A stretch of DNA of 64,000 bases from Pristiophorus japonicus (Eukaryota). Of the stretch, positions 12,663-23,023 are shown in pieces (position 1 is the first letter of the stretch; the number at the start of each line of letters is the position of its first letter). The notes below the pieces were generated by a model that was given only the letters and a program-made list of their open reading frames with translations, was not told the DNA's origin and made no database searches. The position numbers were made by a program, and so were the translations under genes. The stretch lies in contig NC_091999.1 in the NCBI RefSeq assembly GCF_044704955.1, positions 43,834,001 through 43,898,000 of the forward strand, given 5' to 3'.

Positions 12663-12980
12663 CCTGAGATCTGCTGAAGTTACGGCTTTGCGTGACCCCT
12701 TCATGAGTGACTTGGCAGGTGTAGACCGAGCCGGTGAACCATTCCTCGGCGGGGACTGTCAGCCGACTGGCCGTCGAGAAGTTCCCGTTCACCTCAAAGA
12801 CGGGAGAGGTGACGAAGCCCGAATCCAGGAGTTGTCCACTCTTCAGCCAATTCACGGTCAGTGACTTTGGCCGGAAATCGATGATTGAACACACGGCGCT
12901 TGCATATCTGCTGGTGGTGATTTGTTCAGTGGAACTCAGCGTGAGGACAACAGTTGGAGGACCGATGTCCGGTTCAGGAT
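12663..12980 (-). CDS. IGHM: IgM CH2 exon
   Basis: T9-GAAG acceptor, G|GTAAGA donor, 318 bp; (D)[49 protein letters not shown]. Confidence 0.96.
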
Positions 12981-13097
12981 CTTCAAAAAAAAACATATTA
13001 CTGACATTGCTTGTAAAATAAATGATTAAGAAATGCAAAGTGTCCTTATATTTTAACAGGTTCTTTGCTATCAGACTAACACTAACCAGGCATTTAC

Positions 13098-13545
13098 AGA
13101 GAGCAGAACTGTGCACTGTATTCTCAGTGTAATATGCAGACCAGAACTGTGCATAATATTCTAAGTGCGATATGAGGTCCAGAACCATGCACAGTATTCT
13201 AAGCATGATATGGAGACCACAACTTTATGCCGTATTCTAAGTATGAGATCGAAACCAGAACTTTAAAGAATATTCTAACTGTGATATGGAGACCGGAACT
13301 GTGCATAATATTCTTAGTATGATATGGAGACCAGAACTTTAGACACTAATCTAAGTATGAGATGGAAACCAGAATTGTGACCAATATTCTAAATGTGATA
13401 AGGAAACTAGAACTGTGCTCAGTATTCTAAGTATTATGTGGAAATCATAACTGTACACAATACTCTAAGTGTGATTTGGAGACGAGAACTGTACACAGTA
13501 TTCTAAGTATGATAGGGAGAGCAGAACTGTACACAGTACTCTAGG
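13098..13545. repeat. 38-bp minisatellite (~12 copies) in the CH1-CH2 intron, derived from a CR1 fragment
   Basis: CCAGAACTGTGCATAATATTCTAAGTGTGATATGGAGA-like unit at 13141, 13179, 13217 etc. Confidence 0.85.
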
Positions 13546-13626
13546 TGTTGTCTTACCAAATTGCTATACAAGTTGAGCATAATTTGTCATCTTATCATTG
13601 TTTGCCCTGTAACCCACATCACTAAC

Positions 13627-13926
13627 CTGGCATTGTGATGGCCCAGACCGACACACCACGTCGAACCTCACAGAAGATTGTGCTGCTCCCCACATCTGAC
13701 TTGGTGATGGTTAACTGGCTGCTCTGGGTGTAGATTCCTTTCTTGTTGAACACTGACGGGTAGGTCTTCAATGCAGTGGTGATAGGATCTTTATCTTTCT
13801 TCCAGGAAAGGCTGGTGATATCGGGGGAGTAGTCCATCGCCAAACAGCCGTATGTGATGGAGCCATCGGTGCTGGGTTGTTCACAGGAGGAGAGCAGGGC
13901 GTAGAGATTGGGGGGAAACGGTGTTA
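13627..13926 (-). CDS. IGHM: IgM CH1 exon
   Basis: TTTCTCAG acceptor, G|GTTAGT donor, 300 bp; (V)[49 protein letters not shown]; the light-chain-pairing Cys is present. Confidence 0.97.
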
Positions 13927-14649
13927 CTGAGAAAGAATGGCCCATTGAACAAGTTAGACTCTGTAATCCATGCTTATAAAAGAAAGAAACAACTCGAAAT
14001 TTGACTGCAGAATAAACTAATTCCACCATTTTCCCATCAAAGACTACACGGGCATTTGAGCTTCTGTCAGTTCCTTTATAAGCACCTGTCGATGCCCTGG
14101 TCAGGAACACACCTTTCTATCCCCGAGCTCTATCACATTACACAACAAGAACCTTTACACAACTCGCCAATAAAGAATCCTTCATTGGTTCATACAATAG
14201 AAGAACAGAGGCATGTTCCTGCTATTTCGGCCTGCATTTATTTCTCAATCAGCACCATTTCTGGTCCTTTATTTAATTGCAGTTTGGGGAAGTTCTCTCT
14301 GTGCACATTGCCTGCAGTGTATCCCAACAAAACAATTGTGACTGCACTTCAAAGTAACAGCGGAATTCCTGCTTCGGACGTTAGCAAAAAACCCTCTAAA
14401 TTTGCCTACCACATAATTCAACAGATAGCATTTCCATAGTCTAGTTTCTAAGATTCAAGCTGGAGATGAATCGCGATTGAGTCGAATTTCTCCCTTATTT
14501 CCTCAGCATTTGAGGAAGAGCGATGTCACTCAGTGCAATGTGATCTGGGCTCTATCCCATCCTATTGAATGCATGCCTCTTGAGTTTCCTCCTCCATCCC
14601 ATTCAATTAATAATCCGAATAAAATACCATTCCAAAATCCGGTTAATTG

Positions 14650-15610
14650 GAAGTTTCTCCTTAAATGGCCCATTTCAGTTCCCATTGCTGTTCTTGTTAT
14701 ATAACAACGACCTGGACTTGGTTATCGGGAATACAATTTCGAAGTTCGAAGATGAGGCAAAACCTGGCAACGTAGCCTATAGTGAGCATGAAAGCAGCAG
14801 ACTCCATGAGGAGACAGATGGACCAGTGAAATGGGCCGGGACATGGCAATTGCAATTTAATGCGAATCATTGAGAAGCGATGCACATTGGGTGGAAGATG
14901 GAGAGGCAGTGTAATCTAAATAGTATTGTTTTGAGGGGATGCACGAACAGAGAGTCGTAGATGTACATATTTACAAATCTTTGAACGGGGCAGGGCAAAC
15001 TGGTAAGACAGTTATGAAACATTATGGGATACTTGACTTTCTAAATGGGGAATTGACTACAAAAACAAGGCGGTTATGCTAAACATACAGATCACGTGTT
15101 AGGCCTCAGCTGGAGAATTGTGCACAATTCTGGAACAACAATGTAGGAAGGATGTCAAGCCCTTGGGGAGTGTAGAGGGGAGGCTTTTACCAGGATTATG
15201 CCAGGGATGCGGACTTCAGTTATGTGGAGAGATTGGAAAAGCAGGGATGTTCTCCTTAGAACAGAGGTTAAGAAGAAACGTAAGAGAGATATTCAACATT
15301 ATGATAGTTTTTGATAGAGCAAGTAGGGAGAAACTGCTTCCGCTGGAAAGTAGGTGGGTAACCAAAGGTCACAGATTTAAAATAATTGGCAAAAGATCAA
15401 AAGGGAAAATTGGGGCAATTGTTTCACACAGAGGGTTGGTAATTTCAGGAATGCTCCAAGCAGATCCTCCTGTATGTCAGGAGGACACATGTGCACGTTT
15501 ACAAGGAAAACCCAGGGGAGTTGGATTAAATTGGACAGCTCTTTCAGAGCCGGCACAGGCACGATGCTTGAATGGCCTTTTCAGTGCTGTGAGATGCTAT
15601 CATTCTACAC
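14650..15610 (+). mobile_element. Old CR1 LINE 3' portion in the J-C intron
   Basis: ISKFEDEAK (degenerate KFADDTK), WQLQFN and MFSLEQRLR remnants. Confidence 0.8.
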
Positions 15611-16299
15611 GAGTCAGTGTGAATAGTGCTTCTAGATTTAATGGAAGGAAACGCTTCATATTTTGGACACCTCTACCAGATCTATTTTTACTGTTCGTTA
15701 TAATGAAAGAGGATATTTAAAATAAAGGGATCTTATAAATCTGACGCATATTAGTCAATCGCATGCTGTTATAAAGGCTTAAAGTTCATTGCGAATGATG
15801 ACTTATTGCAGGTTGACTCTATCTCTTTAAATGTTTCACAGAATTGCAGCTCAGTGACTGTGCACCTTGTGTTGTGACCCAGGCCAATAGCTGCATCTCT
15901 CATAGTTTGTCCCTACCTTTAACCTGCTCAAGATGAATTGAACAACATAATGTTTCTAAACACGAGGTCCTCATGACTGTTATTTGAAGCGGGAGTCTCG
16001 ATATCCTCCATTTAAATTGTGAAAATAACTTACAGCCTCCCAACAGATCAGAACAGCCGCTGCTTTCTGGAGCGTTATTCACTTCCTGAAACGGTTTGTT
16101 CTGAAAGTGAGCTGAGGATCAGGCCAATCGTGTTCAATAGAAATCTGATGCTCAGAATGTTCAAACATGAATAACTCATTAAAAATTTGGCATTTTTTCA
16201 GAAAGAATATAAACATCAATGAATGTGCGTTGTTTAATCTGGGCAATCGGACGATTTATTGTTTATATCTGGCACGAGTAGTTTATCTGCTATCTGTTA

Positions 16300-17700
16300 G
16301 TGGCAGATAACGGTGCCTTGAACATTGCCTGACCAAGCACTCTCAGGTCAGATACAGCACGATACAAGAGCAAAGCTCCCGCTATGCTGTCGTGTGGGTC
16401 AGGCCAGGTATAGCAAGGGTTACACACAGAGTAATATGTTATCTGTACTATCCCGTCAAACATTCCCAGCTCAAGTACTGCAGAGATGTGCTACGAAATG
16501 TCTCCCCATAAAATGCATTATCAAATTGACCGATTATACTCAGCACAATTATCACACGTACAAAGAAAAGCTTCCCATACACTTCCCCTTTAAAGCACAC
16601 CAGCTCACCTATAGCTCTGATTAAATAGAAGATCAATCTATATTGAAGGACCCAATTAAGCTCCACGTCCTTCTAAATAAAAGGTTAAATGTTGATTAAA
16701 GCTATCTCTGCAATGTCCCATCAAGCAATGCCAGATAAGGTAAAGTATGGGTTAGTTGCAGAGTAAAGCTCCTTCATCACTGTCATATCAAACACTCCCA
16801 GTGTAGTTACGGCACGAGTTAGATAAACAGTAGATTTCCCTCCACACTGCCAATTAAACACATTCAGGACAGGTCCAGTACGGCTTGGATAAAAAATAAA
16901 GCTTCCTCTACAATGTCCCATCAAACACTCCCAATACAGGTACAGTGTAAAGCTCCCTCTAGAATGTCCCATTAAACATTCCCAGGGCAGGTACAGCATG
17001 GGTAGATACAGACTTAATCTCCCTCTACAGTGTCCCATCAAACAGTCCCAGTGCAGGTACAAAATTGCCAAAATAAATTGGAGCATCCATCTGATCAGAC
17101 GAGGCACTGCTTTCCTGAAACTGTTTGTTCTGAAAGTAAGCTTAGGATCAGACCAATCTCATTCAATAATTAGCTGATGCTCAACTGTATAACAATAACT
17201 AATTCAATATCGTATTAGTTAGATGCAGATTGAGGTTTCTTCAATTTGTTTTCGAAAATCACTCGAATCAGATACAGGACAGATTCGATAGAGTAAATCT
17301 CCCTCTTCACTGGTCTGTCTGGCGCTGTAAGGTCATGTAAAGCAAAGGATGAATGCATATTAAACTGCACTACCCTGTAAGACGGGTCAAATATAGCAAG
17401 GTTTAGATTCCGAGTAAAATTATTTCTGCACTGTGCCATCAATCCACACAGGGCAGATACAGCATCGGTCAAGATACAGAGTTGAGCTCCCTCTACATTG
17501 TCCCATCAAACACGCCCAGAACAGGTACAGCATGGGTCAGCACAGAGTAACATTCTCTCTACACTGTCCCATCAAACACTCCCAGGGCACGTACAGCATG
17601 GGCTAGATACAGAGTAAAGCTCCTTCTGCACTGTCCCATCAAACACTTCCAGGGTAGGTACAACCGGGTTAGAAACTGATTAAAGCTTCTTCTATTGTCC
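16300..17700 (-). repeat. Degenerate arrays of the 67-bp repeat in the J-C intron
   Basis: TGTCCCATCAAACACTCCCAGGGCAGGTACAGCATGGG..AGATACAGAGTAAAGCTCC units. Confidence 0.8.
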
Positions 17701-19959
17701 CCCCGTGGTGTTTCGGAACTGCTCCTTCTGACTGTCAAAAGCTGGGTTACTGATCTCATTTCAGCGGCGACTCCTCAACCTTAAAGTCAATCTTTTACGT
17801 TTCTCACATATACCAGTTTTTTAAATAACTGAGTTAAATGACACTCCCCGCAATACACGATCACAATCCAGAAGTTTTGCAACCCGTCAGGAGGACTGAT
17901 GATTCTCACACAGTGAGCAGGCGCACAGGAACAGAACTGACACAAACGGTGCAACAACGGTGCTCCAGTGAGAGAGACCAGTTCTATCTGTTAATTTCAA
18001 TGAAGCTGTTTGATTTCTAATTTATTTCTTGTCAATTACCAACCACCTCAACTCTGCAGATTTTTTGAAATTAAACTGATCTTTATTTGAGAAACTATTC
18101 AACATCCAGCCATTCCTCCCTCTCGGTCGACTATCTTGTAAACCGTGTAAAAATTAATTTCCCTGAAAATAAGTATCTGGAAATAATTCTCATTCCACGG
18201 AAAGTGCTGCGCGTTAAACGGGACTAGCTAACTGCGTAAGAATGTCACAATCCAGGAGACATATACATTGAAACCTGATCACCCACTGATTTGACATATT
18301 TGCAATAGTAAATATAACCTGTAAAATCATCGAGGCAAAATCAACTAAAATATTAAGCGATAGCTTATCGAACTCAGCACAGCCGAGTTATACATGCATT
18401 ATCTTCTAAATTAATTTAGGAATTAATTAAACATTCTCTCCAACCCTTGTGTTAGTGTAATAACTGTAATGTTGACCAGTATGCAATGCAATTGCAAGAG
18501 ATCATTTATGTTTAATGAATTAGAACGAATATTACATTTTAAGTTTGTGTTCGTGTTAGCTGATTATTGGAAATACTCTGAGTACCTGTCTGGCACTTCC
18601 TCCTCAGAAGCACACGTACCTGGAACTTTTGAAATTAACTTAATGTGCTTGAATTTCAGTCTTACTGATACAATTAATGAATAATAATTTAAAAACCTTT
18701 TCTGCCTGGCAACTTGTGATATATTAAGGTTTACTCAACTTACCATAACAATTCATCAACAGTAAAATATTAAGCAGCATATTAATACATAAATACAATC
18801 AGAAAAATAAATTATTTTTACTTAACTCAAATCACATTTGACTAATTGACGCTAATTACGCAGTTCTACGTCTGTCCCGTTCTCTACCGATACATTTTTA
18901 AATTCTACATATTCTGACATAACAAAAACTGCGTCTATTTTCAGAGTACATTGCACATGATGGATTGAGGAGTGGACTATTTTAAATAGTTCACTGTCCG
19001 GCCCGGGTCACAAGTCCGATGTGCTGTAAACCACTTGTTTACTAAACTGGACTCTCGAGCTGAAATATTCTCCACAATCTTAACTTCCCAAAAATGGTTT
19101 TCTTAATTAAAACCAGTTTGCAGTCAGTAGCAGAACTTCTGCTATTTAATAACACAGACAATCATTTACAGTTCACTCCCATTATTCACACAATGCCCCC
19201 AAATTAATTATTAAATACATTCTGCTATTTCTTGAAACTAATTTCCAGAATGGTTAGTGTAAAACTGTAGGATAACAAATCATTCAGGCCATCTGCCACA
19301 CTGAACCTGAATGAGAAAATGGAGGAGAGACTTTGTTCATCAATTTAATATTAATAATAATTAACATAATTCTCAGATATGACCTGTGCTTTGTCTACCG
19401 TTCTATCCCTTATATAGCACCGCTTTGGGAGAAAGGAAGTTGTGTTAAATTCTAAACAAGATGAACATTTTTTAAGTAAATTAATCTGCTTGAATTTCAA
19501 TGGATTATTTGCCTATCTCCAGCCTATGCAGTCTTGAATTTGAATATAATCACATGAATAATTATTTGACTGCCGGTGACGCCTGACTCACAGCCGCTGA
19601 TCTTGCAAACTGTTTAAGATTAGTTTAGTGATAATTCTATCGGTATCAAACAAAACACAATAGTGATTCAATAACAAATTTCGGTTGCACAGTAAGAATT
19701 TCATATTAAATTGACAAAATGCAATTTACAACACGGCTTTGAGTTATAATTAAAGACACTGCCGATCATCTCTGTAAACAGGAGGTAAAAAGTAACTGAA
19801 CTCCCGACTCAAACTGAACACACGGTGGAATCAATATGTTGTCAGTGAACTAATTGCAGGCATAATTAATAATTGTATCCAGCCTCTAAAAGTTTCTGCT
19901 CCTCTTAATGGAGCCCAGTGTACAGCAGGATTTTGGAAGGCAAATAATATTAAGAAAAT

Positions 19960-21100
19960 TATATTGATATTATAACATATTTTAATAACATTGGAAGATA
20001 TTATCGCATTATAATATTATAATCGGTTTGTTAATCGTAATTTATTTCAGCTACAACCTGAATAATTGCTAATTATATAGCTGGTAATTACAGTTACGTT
20101 TCACTCAGTAAATATCAGCATCGTAAACATAAATTTATAGTTGAATATATAATTATCACCAATAATTGTTATGTTAAAATATATTTCAATGATTTCTGAT
20201 TCCTAAAACCTTCCTGTTCTCTGCCTACAATCTGCTTTCAAACAGTTTCAAACACATATCTTGTTTGTATTCGATCAGGAACCTGCTGCTGCCCGCTGTC
20301 ACCGATATTAAACATTGTAGAAACGCGAAATAGTTTCACAAATTTTTGGTATTCTGAATAACACCGGCACAAACTCTCCTCAGCAGATCAATACTAAATC
20401 ACATCACTGAGGGGCGGACAGAACCTTTCATGAACAGATCCTTCATTCTCTAAACCATTTCAGCAGAATTAAATGTATCATTGCAAAAAGTCTCTTTACA
20501 GAATCACCGAAGCCGCCTAAAACTAAAATAACTTATGATTGACTTCAACTGAAATATAAAATAATGACAGCAGAATTGTGATTTGATGGATCATGTAAAA
20601 TACATTAATGTTAATATTATAGCATATTTTAATAATAATGGGTGATATTACTACATCATTATAATGTTAGTAATATTAATTTAAATCAGGTCCATCTGGA
20701 AATGTGTTAAATTTTCAGTCCTTAATTACAGCAACACTTCAAGTATTGAATCTGTGCATTCGGGAACATTCGGTCAGTAGATGACAAATGTAATTTTCAC
20801 TAAAATCTTTAAATTCCTTAAGAATATATATTGAGCGCTAAGATTTATGTTATGTGTTTAAAATGTTCTTTCAAAAATATTTAAACACAATGTTTGTATT
20901 CGATCAGAAAAATCGCAGCAATCATAGGTCACCGAGATTAAACATTGCAGAAGTGTCAAACAGTGTAACAACTTTAAAGGATTTAACGTAACTCAAGCAC
21001 AGAAACTCGTTAGCAGATAAACACCAAATCACTTCAACAACAACTTATGTGGAGAAACAGTTGAATTCTATAATCACTTTGTAGCAGAATTACATAAAAC
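19960..21100. repeat. Diverged ~630-640-bp tandem duplication in the AT-rich J-proximal intron
   Basis: TGTTTGTATTCGATCAG..GTCACCGA.ATTAAACATTG at ~20262 and ~20891; matching AT-rich tracts at ~19965 and ~20610. Confidence 0.65.
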
Positions 21101-21227
21101 ATTGAAAAATCTCAATAGAGAACCCACCGAACCCAAGTTTCAGTGAACGAAATAATTATTAAAATAAAGAGAAATGTAAAATAAAGGCACAAATACAACA
21201 GTTGCAGAATGTAGGAATGTTCCTTAC

Positions 21228-21292
21228 CTGCAATCACCGTCACCATGGTCCCTGGTCCCCAGTAGCCCATGGCGTCCTTATTCCCGTGGTCC
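21228..21292 (-). CDS. IGHJ: Germline-joined D-JH segment (65 bp)
   Basis: G GAC CAC GGG AAT AAG GAC GCC ATG GGC TAC TGG GGA CCA GGG ACC ATG GTG ACG GTG ATT GCA G|GTAAGG = DHGNKDAMGYWGPGTMVTVIA; WGxG motif and phase-1 donor compatible with CH1. The J identity is firm; the D origin of the 5' part is inferred. Confidence 0.9.
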
Positions 21293-21320
21293 CACAGTGA
21301 TAGGAACCCGTACAAATATT
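21293..21320 (+). other. 12-bp-spacer RSS 5' of the D-J block
   Basis: CACAGTG (21293-21299) + ATAGGAACCCGT (12 bp) + ACAAATATT (21312-21320). Confidence 0.92.
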
Positions 21321-21725
21321 GCATTCAGTCTCTGCTCAGTACTGATTCTCAACATTCATTCGAAATACACATGCACTTCAAATACAAATTCGCTTCTTAT
21401 CAAGTTTAGAATTTAGCCAACAGTTTGTAGAACAAATAGAAGGAGAACACAGTTCTCACCAGCTCCCTGCAGGTATCAGGCACAGTGAATCGAGCATCAT
21501 GTCCAGCTGGGCAATTGTTGACACTGTTAACATTAAGCAGGAGCACAACCGAAACCTCCCTCAGTACATTGGTTACAGTGTTATATTTTCACCATTGAAT
21601 TATCAGTGTCTTAGTTTTGTAAGAAGCGGTTTGTGGTCTGGTTTTGAACAATGCCGTTATCATTGCATTTGACACAATTACTGACCGTCAGGTTATGATG
21701 GACGTTATTGAATTCCCCCTCGATC

Positions 21726-21764
21726 TGTTCTTGTACGGGTCCAGCCCTGGTTCCTCTCGCTGTG
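21726..21764 (-). other. 23-bp-spacer RSS 3' of VH
   Basis: CACAGCG (21764-21758) + AGAGGAACCAGGGCTGGACCCGT (23 bp) + ACAAGAACA (21734-21726). Confidence 0.93.
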
Positions 21765-22069
21765 GTGCCTTGCACAGTAATAGATGGCGGTGTCTTCGCT
21801 CCGCAGTTTCTTCATGTCCAACGCGAAGATGTTGCTTGAAGTATCTTTGGACACAGTAAATCGGCCCTCAGTCCCCGGGGTGTAATGCTTGTCCGATGAA
21901 CTGTAATATCTAATCAGCCACTCCAGCCCCTGTCCGGGAACGTGGCGGACCCAGTACATGTAGCTGCCACCAAGATCTAAGCCGCTGGTTTTACAGGTCA
22001 GTCTCAGGGAGCCCCCGGGAATCCTGGTCTCTGCCTCGGGCTGAGTCAACACCATATCCGACTGGACAC
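21765..22069 (-). CDS. IGHV: Immunoglobulin heavy-chain V exon (shark IgM-type VH), unrearranged and intact
   Basis: TTTCTACAG acceptor; (R)[61 protein letters not shown]; both canonical Cys and the Trp are present. Confidence 0.98.
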
Positions 22070-22194
22070 CTGTAGAAATAATCAGAAACCCCGAGGATCA
22101 ATCCTGTTGAAACGATTCCTAATTCTGTAACATTCCAGAGAGACTAACACTGAGACAGGAACAATGAAAGACTTGGACAATAAAAACTACTCAC

Positions 22195-22240
22195 GGGAAA
22201 AGAAAGCCAGCAACAGACTGAGAGAAATAGCCGACCTCAT
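22195..22240 (-). CDS. IGHV: VH leader exon (46 bp)
   Basis: ATG..MRSAISLSLLLAFFS + C|GTGAGT; 125-bp intron to the V exon; frame preserved. Confidence 0.95.
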
Positions 22241-22332
22241 CCTCCTGGCAATGTGTGGTGAATGATTTCGGCAAGAACTCACTGGGCAAACGCACTCCCA
22301 GACTGTTGTATTGCGGTCCCAGTGACCGGCAG

Positions 22333-22430
22333 TTAAATACCCGGGAGGTGGGGGCGAGGTTACAGGCGCCGCCCGTTGATTCCCTGATAGAGGCGGATTC
22401 TGGGTCCACGTCACTCCTTCCACATCACCA
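22333..22430 (-). promoter_or_regulatory. VH promoter: TATTTAA box plus CRE/TCR-beta-like decamer, no octamer
   Basis: TATTTAA at 22339-22333; AGTGACGTGG at 22415-22406 preceded by the related GGTGATGTGG; no ATGCAAAT seen. Shark VH promoters are known to lack the octamer and carry a CRE-like element. Confidence 0.75.
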
Positions 22431-22664
22431 ACAGAATGGACTCACATCTGGACTGTAAATAAAATCAATTTATTTCCTCACTGCTTCACAGGGTCGTGAA
22501 TCTCTGAGATTGAAATACATTATCAGGTTCTAAAGACACGGCCAGTTTGTGTTTCTCCATCTCCTGCTATATATCCATGCATCTGTACCAATAAAGTATC
22601 CCCTATAATCTGAATTGTTATCACTCTATGTAACCGAGTGCGGGAGATGGGTATAAAAGATGGG

Positions 22665-22845
22665 TATAAAAGGCTCAGCAGTCCGGGGAGCGTCGGGAGA
22701 CGCGGGAGTCGAGAGAGGCAGCGGCCTATAAAAGGCTCAGCAGTCCGGGGAGCGTCGAGAGACGCGGGAGTCGAGAGAGGCAGCGGCCTATAAAAGGCTC
22801 AGCAGTCCGGGGAGCGTCGAGAGAGGCGGGAGTCGAGAGAGGCGT
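22665..22845 (+). repeat. Three 62-bp monomers in the CR1 5' UTR, each starting TATAAAAGG
   Basis: Units start at 22665, 22727 and 22789. Confidence 0.9.
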
Positions 22846-23023
22846 ACTTGTGCAGCTCCAGCTGAGAGAAGTCAAAAAAGAAGTAGAAAGAAATCAATAG
22901 GTGACGTCACAGCCAACGTGGGAAGTGATTGGCTGCTGATTGGTGAGTAGTTTTTCTTTTTCTTTTTAGTCAGTAACTTTTAACATTGTTGTCGGCAATT
23001 TAAGTGTATCTAAGGGTTGAGTC

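Noticed and set aside
12490-14110. Long ORF-track versions of CH1 and CH2 (162 aa, 238 aa)
   Set aside because: The extensions are intron read-through; splice sites define 300-bp and 318-bp exons
21481-21487. CACAGTG heptamer between V and D-J as a possible extra D RSS
   Set aside because: No nonamer at 12 or 22-23 bp and no opposing heptamer to delimit a D segment
9098-22240. Classification as IgW, IgNAR or IgM1gj
   Set aside because: Four C domains of mu type including CH1 and CH2, mu tailpiece, conventional VH with CDR2, and an unjoined V
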